Assembly: GCF_032117575.1 (NCBI RefSeq)
Contig: NZ_JAULZA010000034.1
Length of the DNA stretch: 64,000 nucleotides
Direction: 5' to 3' (one strand)
Source of the DNA: Mycolicibacterium sp.
Lineage (GTDB): Bacteria > Actinomycetota > Actinomycetes > Mycobacteriales > Mycobacteriaceae
Made by a program: the position numbers and the translations under genes. Below are positions 10,445 through 19,385 of this stretch, piece after piece (positions within the stretch are counted from its first letter, which is position 1; each line of letters opens with the position of its first letter). The notes under the pieces were generated by a model that made no database searches, was not told the DNA's origin, and saw nothing but the letters and a program-made list of their open reading frames with translations.

Positions 10445-11020
10445 TCACAGCAGCCCGGCCCCGAAGATCTTTCCGGCCAGGCCCGCCACGACCGGGACGA
10501 TGCCCAGGCAGACGAAGGCCGGCAGGAAGCACAGGCCGAGTGGGCCGGCGATGTGGACCCCGGCCCGCTCGGCGGCGGCGGCGGCGAGGTGGGTGGCTTC
10601 CTGACGCGACTGCTCGGCCAGATCGGCGGCCCCACCCGCCAGAGCACTGCCGGATGACGCCGACCGCCGGGCCAGACGGGCCAGCGCCGCGCATGCGTCG
10701 TCGTCGCTCGGGTGCGCCCGCCAGGCCGAGTCCGGGTCGGCACCCAGGGCAAGCAGATCCGCGGCGCGGCGCAGCAGCGCACACAGCGCCGGCGGGGCGG
10801 AGTCGGCGGTGGCCCGCGCCGCGGCGGGCACCGTCATCCCGCCCGACAGGCAGACCGCCAGCACATCCAGCGCCGATGCCGCGGCGAACGGGTCACCTGG
10901 CCGATGGCGGCCGCGGGCCTCCCGCCGGCGGTGGGCTGCCGCAACGGCCCGCAACCGCACGCCGGTCGGACGAGCACCGATGATCAACGCGGCTGCCAGT
11001 AGCAACGCGGCGGCGCTCAT
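10445..11020 (-). CDS. TadC-like type II secretion F family membrane protein (Rv3657c)
   Basis: C-terminal AERAGVHIAGPLGLCFLPAFVCLGIVP; position in the tad operon. Confidence 0.88.
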   Translation of the reverse strand: MSAAALLLAAALIIGARPTGVRLRAVAAAHRRREARGRHRPGDPFAAASALDVLAVCLSGGMTVPAAARATADSAPPALCALLRRAADLLALGADPDSAWRAHPSDDDACAALARLARRSASSGSALAGGAADLAEQSRQEATHLAAAAAERAGVHIAGPLGLCFLPAFVCLGIVPVVAGLAGKIFGAGLL

Positions 11021-11808
11021 GCCGTGAGCCGATCGATGATGCGGTCGGCCCAGGCCACTCCGACGCAGATGAAGGTGACACCAATGATCAGCAGTGCCCC
11101 ACCCGGCCCCCCGCCGAGCAGGAAACGCAGCGGTTCGGCTCCGATGAGCTGACCGAACAGCACACCCAGAAGCGGGAGCGCGGCCAGGATGGCGGCGGTG
11201 GCTCGTGCGCCGGCCAACGCCGCATGGGTGCGGTCGGCGAACCGTTGCCGGTCCACGATGTCGCGGTGGGCGGTCCGCATCAGAACCGACATCGGCAGGC
11301 CGTGTTCGGCCGCCAGGTCCCAGCAGACGGCGATCCGGTTCCAGTACTGCGGCACCGGCGAAGCGCCCGCCGCCGCCCGGATACCATCGACCACATCCGC
11401 ACCGAGTTGCGCGCGGCTGGCGACGGCGCGCAGCGAGTCACCCACGCCGCCAGCAGATTCCGATGCCGCGGCGGCAAAGGCGGCGATGGGGTGCGCCCCC
11501 ACCCGCAGCTCACCGGTCAGTAGTTCCAGTGCCGCTGCCATGGCCCGGCCCTCCCGCAGCCGCAACCGGTCGCGTCGCCGCCTGCGGATGCGGGCCGCGA
11601 CGGCCGCTGCCGAGATCGCGCCGGCGGCCAGGACCGGCGCCGGCACCGCCACCGCGGTCGCGGCCGCAAGCACCGCGAAAGACCCCATCGCGAGTGCCCG
11701 CCGGGGACAGCGATGGTGAACCGGTATCGCGATGCGGCGGTGCGGACCGCCCGGTGCCACCAACACGGCGAGAGCCAATAGCACTGCGGCAAAGGACATT
11801 CCGCTCAT
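11017..11808 (-). CDS. TadB-like type II secretion F family membrane protein (Rv3658c)
   Basis: ELRVGAHP and GARATAAILAALPLLG motifs; ATGA overlap with the tadA stop. Confidence 0.87.
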   Translation of the reverse strand: MSGMSFAAVLLALAVLVAPGGPHRRIAIPVHHRCPRRALAMGSFAVLAAATAVAVPAPVLAAGAISAAAVAARIRRRRRDRLRLREGRAMAAALELLTGELRVGAHPIAAFAAAASESAGGVGDSLRAVASRAQLGADVVDGIRAAAGASPVPQYWNRIAVCWDLAAEHGLPMSVLMRTAHRDIVDRQRFADRTHAALAGARATAAILAALPLLGVLFGQLIGAEPLRFLLGGGPGGALLIIGVTFICVGVAWADRIIDRLTA

Positions 11809-12983
11809 GGGGCGCACCGGTCTTCGATCAGCCGCCGCAGGTCTGTGGCAGCTTCGGCAGGCCCGCCATCGGCCCGCCAGGCCGGCACGGTGAAGCAGTA
11901 GCCGGCAGCATCCCGGCGCAGCAGCGCGATCTCGGTGAGCCGGCGACGCCCACCGGAATCCCGGTTGACGTGCACCACCACCCGCACCGCGGCGGCAAGT
12001 TGACTGTGTAGCGCCGCGCGGTCGAGTCCGCCGAGTGCGGCGAGCGCCTCCAACCGCGCCGGTACCTCTGCAGGGCTGTTGGCGTGAACGGTGCCGCTGC
12101 CGCCGTCATGGCCGGTGTTGAGCGCCGCCAGCAGGTCCACCACCTCGGCTCCCCGGACTTCTCCGACGACGATGCGATCCGGTCGCATGCGCAGGGCCTG
12201 GCGAACCAGCTGGCGCAGGGTGATCTCCCCGACGCCTTCGATGTTGGCGCTACGGGCCACCAGCCGAACCAGATGCGGGTGCGGCGGCGCCAGTTCCGGT
12301 GCGTCCTCGACGCACACAATTCGTTCGCCCGGGGCTACCGCGCCCAGCGCGGCGGCCAGCACGGTCGTCTTTCCGGCGCCGGTACCGCCGGACACCAGGA
12401 AGGCCAACCGCGCGGCGATGATCTCGCGCAGCAGCCGGCCGGCCACCCGGTCGATCGCACCGGCGGCGATCAGTGTGCCCAGGTCGTGGACGGCTGGGCG
12501 CAGGACGCGCAGTGAAAGGCAGGTGCCGGCGGCGGCGATCGGCGGCAGCACGGCATGTAGGCGAACAGTGAACCGGCCGTTGCCCACACCGGTCAGCTGA
12601 CCATCCACCCACGGTTGGGCGTCATCGAGCCGGCGACCGGCGGCCGCGGCGAGGCGCTGCGCGAGCCGCCGGACGGACGCTTCGTCGGGAAAGCGAATAT
12701 CGCAGCGCTGCAATCCTTTTCCGTCATCGACCCAGACGTCGGCGGGTCCGGTGACGAGGACGTCGGTGGTCCCCTCTGCCCGCAGCATTGGCTCGAGGAT
12801 CCCGGCGCCGGTCAGTTCGGTTTCGACCGCGTGCAGAGTGCTGAGCACTTCACCGTCGCTGAGGACGCCGCCGGACTCCGCCCTGATCGCGGCGGCCAGC
12901 ATGGTGGGCCCCAGCGGCGACCCCAGCGGCGCCGACTCCGCCGCGAGTCGCTCGCGCACCCGCTGGATCAGTGGCCCGTTCAT
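11805..12983 (-). CDS. tadA: TadA/CpaF pilus assembly ATPase (Rv3659c)
   Basis: Walker A GGTGAGKTT, Asp box VEDAPEL, Walker B RPDRIVVGEVRG, His box NTGH...TVHA. Confidence 0.93.
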   Translation of the reverse strand: MNGPLIQRVRERLAAESAPLGSPLGPTMLAAAIRAESGGVLSDGEVLSTLHAVETELTGAGILEPMLRAEGTTDVLVTGPADVWVDDGKGLQRCDIRFPDEASVRRLAQRLAAAAGRRLDDAQPWVDGQLTGVGNGRFTVRLHAVLPPIAAAGTCLSLRVLRPAVHDLGTLIAAGAIDRVAGRLLREIIAARLAFLVSGGTGAGKTTVLAAALGAVAPGERIVCVEDAPELAPPHPHLVRLVARSANIEGVGEITLRQLVRQALRMRPDRIVVGEVRGAEVVDLLAALNTGHDGGSGTVHANSPAEVPARLEALAALGGLDRAALHSQLAAAVRVVVHVNRDSGGRRRLTEIALLRRDAAGYCFTVPAWRADGGPAEAATDLRRLIEDRCAP

Positions 12984-14041
12984 GCCGCCCGCCCGGCATC
13001 GATGCGCTGCAGGGCATCGAGAACTCTGCGGGCCGCAAGGTTCAGGGGTGAGCGTGGACGAAGTCGCATACCGCCCTGTTCAAGCCGCTGGGCTAGAAGC
13101 GGCTCGGGACGCATGGCGGCCAGCAGTGGCACACCCGCGGCGGCGGCCACTTCTCGGGCGCGCAGGCCGCCGGGCGAGGGACCGCGCACCACGAGGCCCA
13201 GCGCCGGGTTGACGCTGGCCAGCGCAGTCACGGTCGCCGTGGTGGCCGCGACACCGCGCACATCACAGGTGGTCACGACCACGACCAGGTCGGCGTGCTG
13301 CAGTGCGCACTCCGCGGCCGGGCTGAGTTGCCGCGGAATGTCGCAGATCACGGTCACCCCGCCGCGCCGGCCCGCATCGGCGACCGCCGCCACGGCACCG
13401 GGGTCGATCTCGTGGAATGAGCGGGTAGCCGACAGCATGCTGACCCCGTCGCGCCGTGGGAGTACATCGCGGACCGCCGTCCAGCTGAGCCGCCCGCCGT
13501 GCACTCGCACGTCCGGCCAGCGCAGGCCGGGGAGCGACTCGCCACCCAGCAGGAGATCCAGCCCGCCCCCGCAGTGGTCGACGTCGATGAGCAGCGCTTC
13601 ACCGGCGGACAAGGCCAGCGCGGCGGAGAGAACCGAGGCGCCGCCGCCGCCGCGGCCCGCGGTGACGCCGATCACCCGACCGCCGCGTTCCGAAGAGCCC
13701 GCCTCGACAGCATCGCCAAGATGTCGCATCAGTTCGGTGTCCTGGGACGGCAGGACGCAGACGTGCTGGGCTCCGACATCCACTGCGGCAGTCCATGTCT
13801 GCGCCGATGGCGCCTGGGAGCCGACCAGCAGAACCCCGTCGCGGCGCGGCAGCCCCTCGCGGACACACCGGAGGGCACCCGGCTCGTCGAGCACGATCGC
13901 GTCGGCACCCAGCCAGCCACGGCGGCTAGGCGTGACCACTCGGGCGGCGCGGGCGCCGACGGCAGCGACGACCCGGTCGGCAGCTGCGGAAAGCTCGGGA
14001 TCTCCGAGCACCAGAAGAACAATCGGTGTGGCATGCGTCAC
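12980..14041 (-). CDS. ssd: Septum site-determining protein Ssd (MinD/TadZ-CpaE-like, Rv3660c)
   Basis: Deviant P-loop AGRGGGGAS; GGLDLLLGGE...GLRWPD motif; first gene of the tad operon. The ORF-track extension to 14596 crosses the 6C RNA and was trimmed. Confidence 0.88.
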   Translation of the reverse strand: MTHATPIVLLVLGDPELSAAADRVVAAVGARAARVVTPSRRGWLGADAIVLDEPGALRCVREGLPRRDGVLLVGSQAPSAQTWTAAVDVGAQHVCVLPSQDTELMRHLGDAVEAGSSERGGRVIGVTAGRGGGGASVLSAALALSAGEALLIDVDHCGGGLDLLLGGESLPGLRWPDVRVHGGRLSWTAVRDVLPRRDGVSMLSATRSFHEIDPGAVAAVADAGRRGGVTVICDIPRQLSPAAECALQHADLVVVVTTCDVRGVAATTATVTALASVNPALGLVVRGPSPGGLRAREVAAAAGVPLLAAMRPEPLLAQRLEQGGMRLRPRSPLNLAARRVLDALQRIDAGRAA

Positions 14042-14178
14042 GCGACACACCGTGTCGCAGAACGATGTCCATGTGCCAGCCGCAGGGGCCGGACGAAGGG
14101 CCGGACATGTGGATGGAAGGCGGCCTGGGGATGGGTGCCGGGGGCCTGTCAAAGCCGCGGTGAGCAAACAATGTCCCG

Positions 14179-14277
14179 GAAAAGGGACGACCCTCGCCAG
14201 GGGGGGAGGAGGCGAGGGTCGTCGTGTATCAGCCCCGGGGGGTCGGGCTGATGCACGCTCGGCATAAGCCGAGTGAT
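14179..14277 (-). ncRNA. 6C RNA (B11-like small RNA)
   Basis: Two long hairpins with C-rich loops (GTGCATCAGCCC-GACCCCCCG-GGGCTGATACAC and GACGACCCTCGCC-TCCTCCCCCCCT-GGCGAGGGTCGTC) then CCTTTT. TATAGT -10 at 14287-14282. This is the known 6C position between ssd and Rv3661. Ends are approximate. Confidence 0.9.
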
Positions 14278-14432
14278 GCTCACTATACACACGACCCCGG
14301 GGCCGCGCGCAAGCACTAAAAACAAACCGAAAGGTACTTATTTTCCTGTGAAATTGCACCTTCAGACACCTGGCCTGAACTGCCAAATTCGCCGCTGCAC
14401 GAGCCGTCAAGCGGCCCGCATATCCTGGGGTG

Positions 14433-15281
14433 GTGAGCGCTCTTGAGGCGTCCGGCGGCGACGCGATGCCGCCGGGCACACCCCGCAGTGCGGCCTTCTT
14501 CGACCTCGACAAAACGGTGATCGCCAAGTCGAGCACATTCGCCTTCAGTAAGTCTTTCTTCGACCAAGGTCTGCTCAACCGGCGGTCGGTTCTCAAATCC
14601 AGCTACGCGCAATTCCTCTTATTGATGTCGGGTGCAGATCATGACCAGATGGACCGGATGCGGTCCTACGTGACGAGCATGTGCGCCGGGTGGGACGTCG
14701 AGCAGGTCAAAGCAGTCGTCGCCGAGACGCTCCATGACATCGTCGATCCGCTGGTGTTCGCCGAGGCGGCTGAGCTCATCGCCGACCACCGGTTGTGCGG
14801 CCGAGACGTGGTGGTGGTCTCGGCTTCCGGGGAGGAGATCGTGGCCCCGATCGCCCGGGCCCTGGGGGCGACGCACGCGCTGGCTACCCGCATGGAGGTC
14901 CTTGACGGTAAGTACACCGGCGAAGTCGACTTCTACTGCTACGGCGAGAACAAGGCCGCCGCGGTGCGCGAACTTGCCGGCGTGGAGGGATACGCGCTCG
15001 AACACTGCTACGCGTACTCCGACTCGATCGCCGACCTGCCGATGCTGGCCGAGGTCGGCCATCCCGCCGTGGTGAACCCGGACCGGCCGCTGCGCAAGGA
15101 GGCCGCTCAGCGGGATTGGCCGGTGCTGACCTTCACCCGGCCGGTACCGCTGCGCGAACGCATTCCGGCGCCGTCGAGTGCGGCGGTGGCGACCACTGCC
15201 GCGGTGGTGATGAGCGCCCTGGCCGCGGGCGCGCTGTCCTACTCGGCGACGTCAGCAGCGTTGCGCCGCTTCGGTTTTTGA
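14433..15281 (+). CDS. HAD-IB family hydrolase (Rv3661 orthologue)
   Basis: Motif I FFDLDKT, motif II VSAS, motif IV YSDSIADLPML. TATCCT -10 box 6 nt before the GTG at 14433. Confidence 0.9.
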   Translation: MSALEASGGDAMPPGTPRSAAFFDLDKTVIAKSSTFAFSKSFFDQGLLNRRSVLKSSYAQFLLLMSGADHDQMDRMRSYVTSMCAGWDVEQVKAVVAETLHDIVDPLVFAEAAELIADHRLCGRDVVVVSASGEEIVAPIARALGATHALATRMEVLDGKYTGEVDFYCYGENKAAAVRELAGVEGYALEHCYAYSDSIADLPMLAEVGHPAVVNPDRPLRKEAAQRDWPVLTFTRPVPLRERIPAPSSAAVATTAAVVMSALAAGALSYSATSAALRRFGF

Positions 15282-15309
15282 AAAGCTCGAACCATTTCTC
15301 GCGTTTCTC

Positions 15310-15338
15310 TTGCTGTGACGGCTATCACGGAGTACAAA
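15310..15338 (+). promoter_or_regulatory. SigA-type promoter of Ms1 with an overlapping CRP-like box
   Basis: TTGCTG-17 nt-TACAAA; TGTGA-CGGCTA-TCACG at 15314-15329. Confidence 0.7.
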
Positions 15339-15344
15339 GGAGTC

Positions 15345-15645
15345 ACGGAAGCTCGGCAAGGCCAAGGCAGCGCCGGAAGAGAAGGTTCTACCTCCCGGGT
15401 CGAGCATCCCAGCACGGTTCCCGAGCACCCACGCGGAGCACGCCGCGATGTTGGCAGAAGTGTTGCGGGCCTGCGTATTTGGACAGAGCGGGTGAAGTCC
15501 GTGGCTCCTTTGGAGGGGTCGGCCTTCGCAGCGCAGTCCGAAGCGCCGAGGCCATCCACGCAACCCACCTAGCACGCTTGGTAACTCGGAACCGTGTTAG
15601 CGGGCGGCGCGCCGAACTCGATTCGGAACGCCGCCCGCTTCATGT
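15345..15645 (+). ncRNA. ms1: Ms1 RNA (MTS2823 homologue; binds RNA polymerase core)
   Basis: About 300 nt between the HAD hydrolase and the Rv3662c orthologue, the known Ms1 position. Begins ACGGAAGCTCGGCAAGGCCAAG, 6 nt after the -10 box, and ends in a GC hairpin. Ends are approximate. Confidence 0.88.
15599..15645 (+). terminator. Ms1 terminator hairpin
   Basis: AGCGGGCGGCG...CGCCGCCCGCT followed by TCATGT. Confidence 0.7.
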
Positions 15646-15655
15646 TCGGGACTGC

Positions 15656-16414
15656 TCAGGTCTTCGCCGCCTCAGCGATCGAGATGGCCTCCCGCGCACC
15701 GTCTTCCAAGCCCTGGCAGCACAGCAGGACCCAGGCGCCGACGGCCTCGGGTTGGCCGCTGGAAAAGCCGGCGGCCGCTGCCCGGTACTCGTCCGCGCGG
15801 CGCATCCAGTACACCTCGGGAACCCCGAGACCATGCGGGTCCAGACCGGTGACCATCGTGATCAGCCGGGAGACGGCCCGGGCGACGACACCGTCGGCGG
15901 CACCGAACGGGGCCAGGGTCAGCAGCTCACCGTGGGCCACGGCGGACAGGACGACCGCAGGAACCGAACTCCCGCCGGTAACCAACCGGGTGACGAGATC
16001 GAGCCGGGCGGCCACTTCCGGCACCGGCCGCGGCCGGCCCAGGTCTGCGTCGTCCACCATGTCGGCCGCTGCCAGTGCATGCAGTCGGGCGAGTGCCTGC
16101 AGGGGTGCGCGTTGCCACACACCCACCAGATTGGTGGCGCCGCCCTCCAATGCCTGGCCTACCCGCAGCGCTCCGGCGAGGACCGGGTCTTCGGACCCCG
16201 CGGCCTCGTCGCCCAGCTGAACCCCGCCGCCGTCGAGGGCCGAGGAGCACCGGGCCCCGCGCACCGCGGACTCTGCCGCGGTGACCGGCCAGTTGCGCAG
16301 GTTGGTCCGGTGCCGATGGGCTTTGCCGAGGGCGGTCCGGGCCGCCTCGGCGGCATCCGACACCCCCGGCAGGCCAAGCAGGGGTGCCAGCAGGTCGGGC
16401 TGTCCGGGGCTCAC
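15656..16414 (-). CDS. Conserved Fic-fold-like protein (Rv3662c orthologue)
   Basis: Degenerate Fic motif HGELLTLAPFGAADGVVAR; synteny; TAACGT -10 box 7 nt before the GTG at 16414. Confidence 0.78.
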   Translation of the reverse strand: MSPGQPDLLAPLLGLPGVSDAAEAARTALGKAHRHRTNLRNWPVTAAESAVRGARCSSALDGGGVQLGDEAAGSEDPVLAGALRVGQALEGGATNLVGVWQRAPLQALARLHALAAADMVDDADLGRPRPVPEVAARLDLVTRLVTGGSSVPAVVLSAVAHGELLTLAPFGAADGVVARAVSRLITMVTGLDPHGLGVPEVYWMRRADEYRAAAAGFSSGQPEAVGAWVLLCCQGLEDGAREAISIAEAAKT

Positions 16415-16564
16415 GACGGCCACGTTAGTACCGCTGATCCGGCGGGCGCCCGCGGGACCGCTGGCCGGACGTTGATAAGCCGTTCGCCGCGCCGCAACCG
16501 CCGTCCGGCGCTACCGCGTGAACTACCGCCGAGTCGCCGTGAATTGGTGACTACGCTCACATAT

Positions 16565-18526
16565 ATGACCGAGGCGCACACCGATGTTCCGACCCATTTC
16601 CCTCCGTCGGAGGAGTTCGCGAAGGCGGCCAACGCGACGGCCGATCTCTACAAACGGGCTGAGGACGACCGGCTCGGGTTCTGGGCCGAGCAGGCCAACC
16701 GGCTGCACTGGGAGACCCCCTTCACCGAGGTCCTGGACTGGTCCGGAGCACCGGTGGCCAAGTGGTTCGTGGGCGGCAAGCTCAACGTCGCCTACAACTG
16801 TGTGGACCGTCACGTCGAGGCCGGCAACGGTGACCGGGTGGCCATCTACTGGGAGGGCGAGCCGCTCGGGGACGCCAGGGCGATCACCTACGCCCAACTC
16901 AAGGACGAGGTCTGCAAGGCCGCCAACGCCCTGACCGATCTGGGACTGGTCGCCGGGGACCGGGTGGCCATCTACATGCCGATGGTGCCCGAGGCGATCG
17001 TGGCGATGCTGGCCTGCGCGCGGCTGGGGATCATGCACTCGGTGGTCTTCGGCGGGTTCTCCGCCGCGGCGCTGCGCGCCCGTGTGGAGGACGCCGAAGC
17101 CAAGCTCGTGATCACCACCGACGGTCAGTACCGCCGGGGCAGTGCGGTGTCGCTCAAAGCCGCCGTCGACGAGGCGGTGGCCGGGCAGCCGTCGGTCCGC
17201 AACGTTCTCGTCGTCCGGCGCACCGGCATCGATGTGGATTGGGCCGATGGCCGCGACCTGTGGTGGCACGAGGTCGTCGACAGCGCCTCTACTGAGCACA
17301 CACCGGAGGCATTCGACTCCGAGCAGCCGCTGTTCCTGCTTTACACGTCGGGCACCACCGGCAAGCCCAAGGGCATCATGCACACCTCCGGCGGCTATCT
17401 GACGCAGGCGTCCTACACCCACAATTACGTGTTCGACATCAAGCCGGAACGCGACATCTACTGGTGCACAGCCGATATCGGGTGGGTGACCGGCCACAGC
17501 TACATCGTCTACGGTCCGCTCTCCAACGGCGCGACCCAGGTCGTCTACGAGGGCACCCCGATGTCGCCGGATGAGCACCGGCACTTCCAGGTCATCGAGA
17601 AGTACGGCGTAACGATTTACTACACCGCGCCGACCCTCATCCGGACGTTCATGAAGTGGGGCCGCGAGCTGGCATTCGAACACGACCTGTCCAGCCTGCG
17701 GTTACTCGGCTCGGTCGGCGAGCCCATCAACCCCGAGGCGTGGCGCTGGTACCGGTTGGTGTTCGGCGGCGACCAGGCGCCGATCGTGGACACCTGGTGG
17801 CAGACCGAGACCGGCGCGGCGATGATCTCCCCGCTGCCGGGTGTGACCAACTGCAAGCCCGGCTCGGCGATGTGTCCGCTGCCCGGCATCTCGGCCAAGA
17901 TCGTCGACGATCACGGCCAGGAACTTCCACCGGCCACCGAGCACGGCGAACCGGTGACCGGTTATCTGGTTCTGGACAAGCCGTGGCCAGCGATGTTGCG
18001 CGGCATCTGGGGTGACCACGAGCGATTCGTGGAGACCTACTGGTCGCGGTTCGCCGATCAGGGGTGGTACTTCGCGGGTGATGGTGCCCGCTACGGCACC
18101 GACGGCGAGGTCTGGGTGCTCGGGCGCATCGACGACGTGATGAACGTGTCGGGCCACCGCATCTCGACCGCGGAGGTCGAGTCGGCCCTGGTCGGCCATG
18201 CCGGGGTGGCAGAGGCGGCGGTGGTCGGCGCGTCCGACGAACACACCGGCCAGGCGATCTGTGCGTTCGTCATCCTCAAGGAGAGCCACGCCGACATGAC
18301 GACCGCGGACATGGTCAACGAGTTACGCAGGGAAGTGGCACGGGAGATCTCACCGATCGCCAAGCCGCGGGAGATTCACGTCGTACCGGAACTGCCTAAG
18401 ACCCGCAGCGGCAAGATCATGCGGCGGCTGCTGCGCGACGTCGCCGAAGGACGCGAATTGGGCGACACCTCAACGCTGCTCGATCCAACGGTGTTCCAGG
18501 CGATCCGGGCCAGCAAGGCGAACTAG
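16565..18526 (+). CDS. acs: Acetyl-CoA synthetase
   Basis: AMP-binding YTSGTTGKPKG, DTWWQTETG and LPKTRSGKIMRR (acetylated Lys). ATG at 16565 lies 7 nt after TACGCT. Confidence 0.97.
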   Translation: MTEAHTDVPTHFPPSEEFAKAANATADLYKRAEDDRLGFWAEQANRLHWETPFTEVLDWSGAPVAKWFVGGKLNVAYNCVDRHVEAGNGDRVAIYWEGEPLGDARAITYAQLKDEVCKAANALTDLGLVAGDRVAIYMPMVPEAIVAMLACARLGIMHSVVFGGFSAAALRARVEDAEAKLVITTDGQYRRGSAVSLKAAVDEAVAGQPSVRNVLVVRRTGIDVDWADGRDLWWHEVVDSASTEHTPEAFDSEQPLFLLYTSGTTGKPKGIMHTSGGYLTQASYTHNYVFDIKPERDIYWCTADIGWVTGHSYIVYGPLSNGATQVVYEGTPMSPDEHRHFQVIEKYGVTIYYTAPTLIRTFMKWGRELAFEHDLSSLRLLGSVGEPINPEAWRWYRLVFGGDQAPIVDTWWQTETGAAMISPLPGVTNCKPGSAMCPLPGISAKIVDDHGQELPPATEHGEPVTGYLVLDKPWPAMLRGIWGDHERFVETYWSRFADQGWYFAGDGARYGTDGEVWVLGRIDDVMNVSGHRISTAEVESALVGHAGVAEAAVVGASDEHTGQAICAFVILKESHADMTTADMVNELRREVAREISPIAKPREIHVVPELPKTRSGKIMRRLLRDVAEGRELGDTSTLLDPTVFQAIRASKAN

Positions 18527-19233
18527 GCCGGTCCGGGCATCGGCGCGGCGACGGGGACGAAGCCGGCGCCGGGCCGGTCCTTGGCGGCGATGTCGGCAAG
18601 GATCGCGTTGATCGACATCGTGATCGCCGGGGTGTGCAGCGGGATGTATTTGATGACGCAGGTGGGCAGGCCGTCGGTGAAGGCACCGTGGATCATGCCC
18701 ACGAGTTTGTTGTTGACCGTGACCGGCGCCCCGGAATCGCCCGGCCGCCCGCACACCTGGTTGACGATGGTGCCGGGATCTTGGCCGGGGCCCCAGGTCA
18801 CTCCACACGAGTAGCCGGTGGTGCGGCCCAGTTTGCAGGCCACCTGGCCGAACGCCGGATCCGGCCCGATCCCGTCGATGATGAACCCGTTCCAGTTCGA
18901 CACCGGAGTCACCTTTTCCGGATCGAAGCGGATGACGGCATAGTCCAGCCCATCGTTGCCGGCCACCATGGTGCCGATCACGCCGCGGTCCTCGGCGCCC
19001 TCAGCGGCGACTTGGGCCCCGGGGCCGCCGCAGTGCGCGGAGGTGAAGCCGACCAGCGTGCCGCTTCGGTCCTTGCCGATCGACGTCAGGGTGCAGAAGG
19101 TGTCGCCGTCGATCACGAGGCCGGCGCCACCGCCCATCGGAACCGGCTCCGAGGCGGCGGCAGGCGGCGCCGTCAGGGCCAGAACAGCGCAGCTCAGAGC
19201 CACGGCTTCCACCGTGCGCCGTGCAGCGGTCAC
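18523..19233 (-). CDS. Secreted trypsin-like (S1) serine protease (Rv3668c orthologue)
   Basis: Signal peptide ending ...PPAAA; catalytic triad motifs TSAHC, DYAVI, GDSGAP. Start approximate. Confidence 0.85.
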   Translation of the reverse strand: MTAARRTVEAVALSCAVLALTAPPAAASEPVPMGGGAGLVIDGDTFCTLTSIGKDRSGTLVGFTSAHCGGPGAQVAAEGAEDRGVIGTMVAGNDGLDYAVIRFDPEKVTPVSNWNGFIIDGIGPDPAFGQVACKLGRTTGYSCGVTWGPGQDPGTIVNQVCGRPGDSGAPVTVNNKLVGMIHGAFTDGLPTCVIKYIPLHTPAITMSINAILADIAAKDRPGAGFVPVAAPMPGPA

Positions 19234-19385
19234 GCCGATCACCGCACCTCCATCAAGGAATCCCATTTGACCGTCGAGTCTATCGGAGTCACATCTGTAA
19301 CTTCTGCAACAAAGGCGCGGGTACTCCGGCGTCGTGTCCGACGTGGCAACATAAGCCGCGACCACATCGACGCTGGAGGAAAACC

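Noticed and set aside
11805-12983. TadA as a conjugation (TrbB/VirB11) ATPase of an ICE
   Set aside because: It is flanked by TadB, TadC and Flp in the core actinobacterial tad locus; no relaxase, VirB4 or integrase is present.
14042-14596. N-terminal extension of Ssd (538-aa ORF)
   Set aside because: It overlaps the 6C RNA, its promoter and the HAD gene on the opposite strand, and has low-complexity non-coding character.
15116-16564. 1136-aa ORF suggesting a 480-aa N-terminal fusion to Acs
   Set aside because: The extension crosses Ms1 RNA and runs antisense to the Rv3662c orthologue. The true start at ATG 16565 has a leaderless -10 box and gives a normal-sized Acs.
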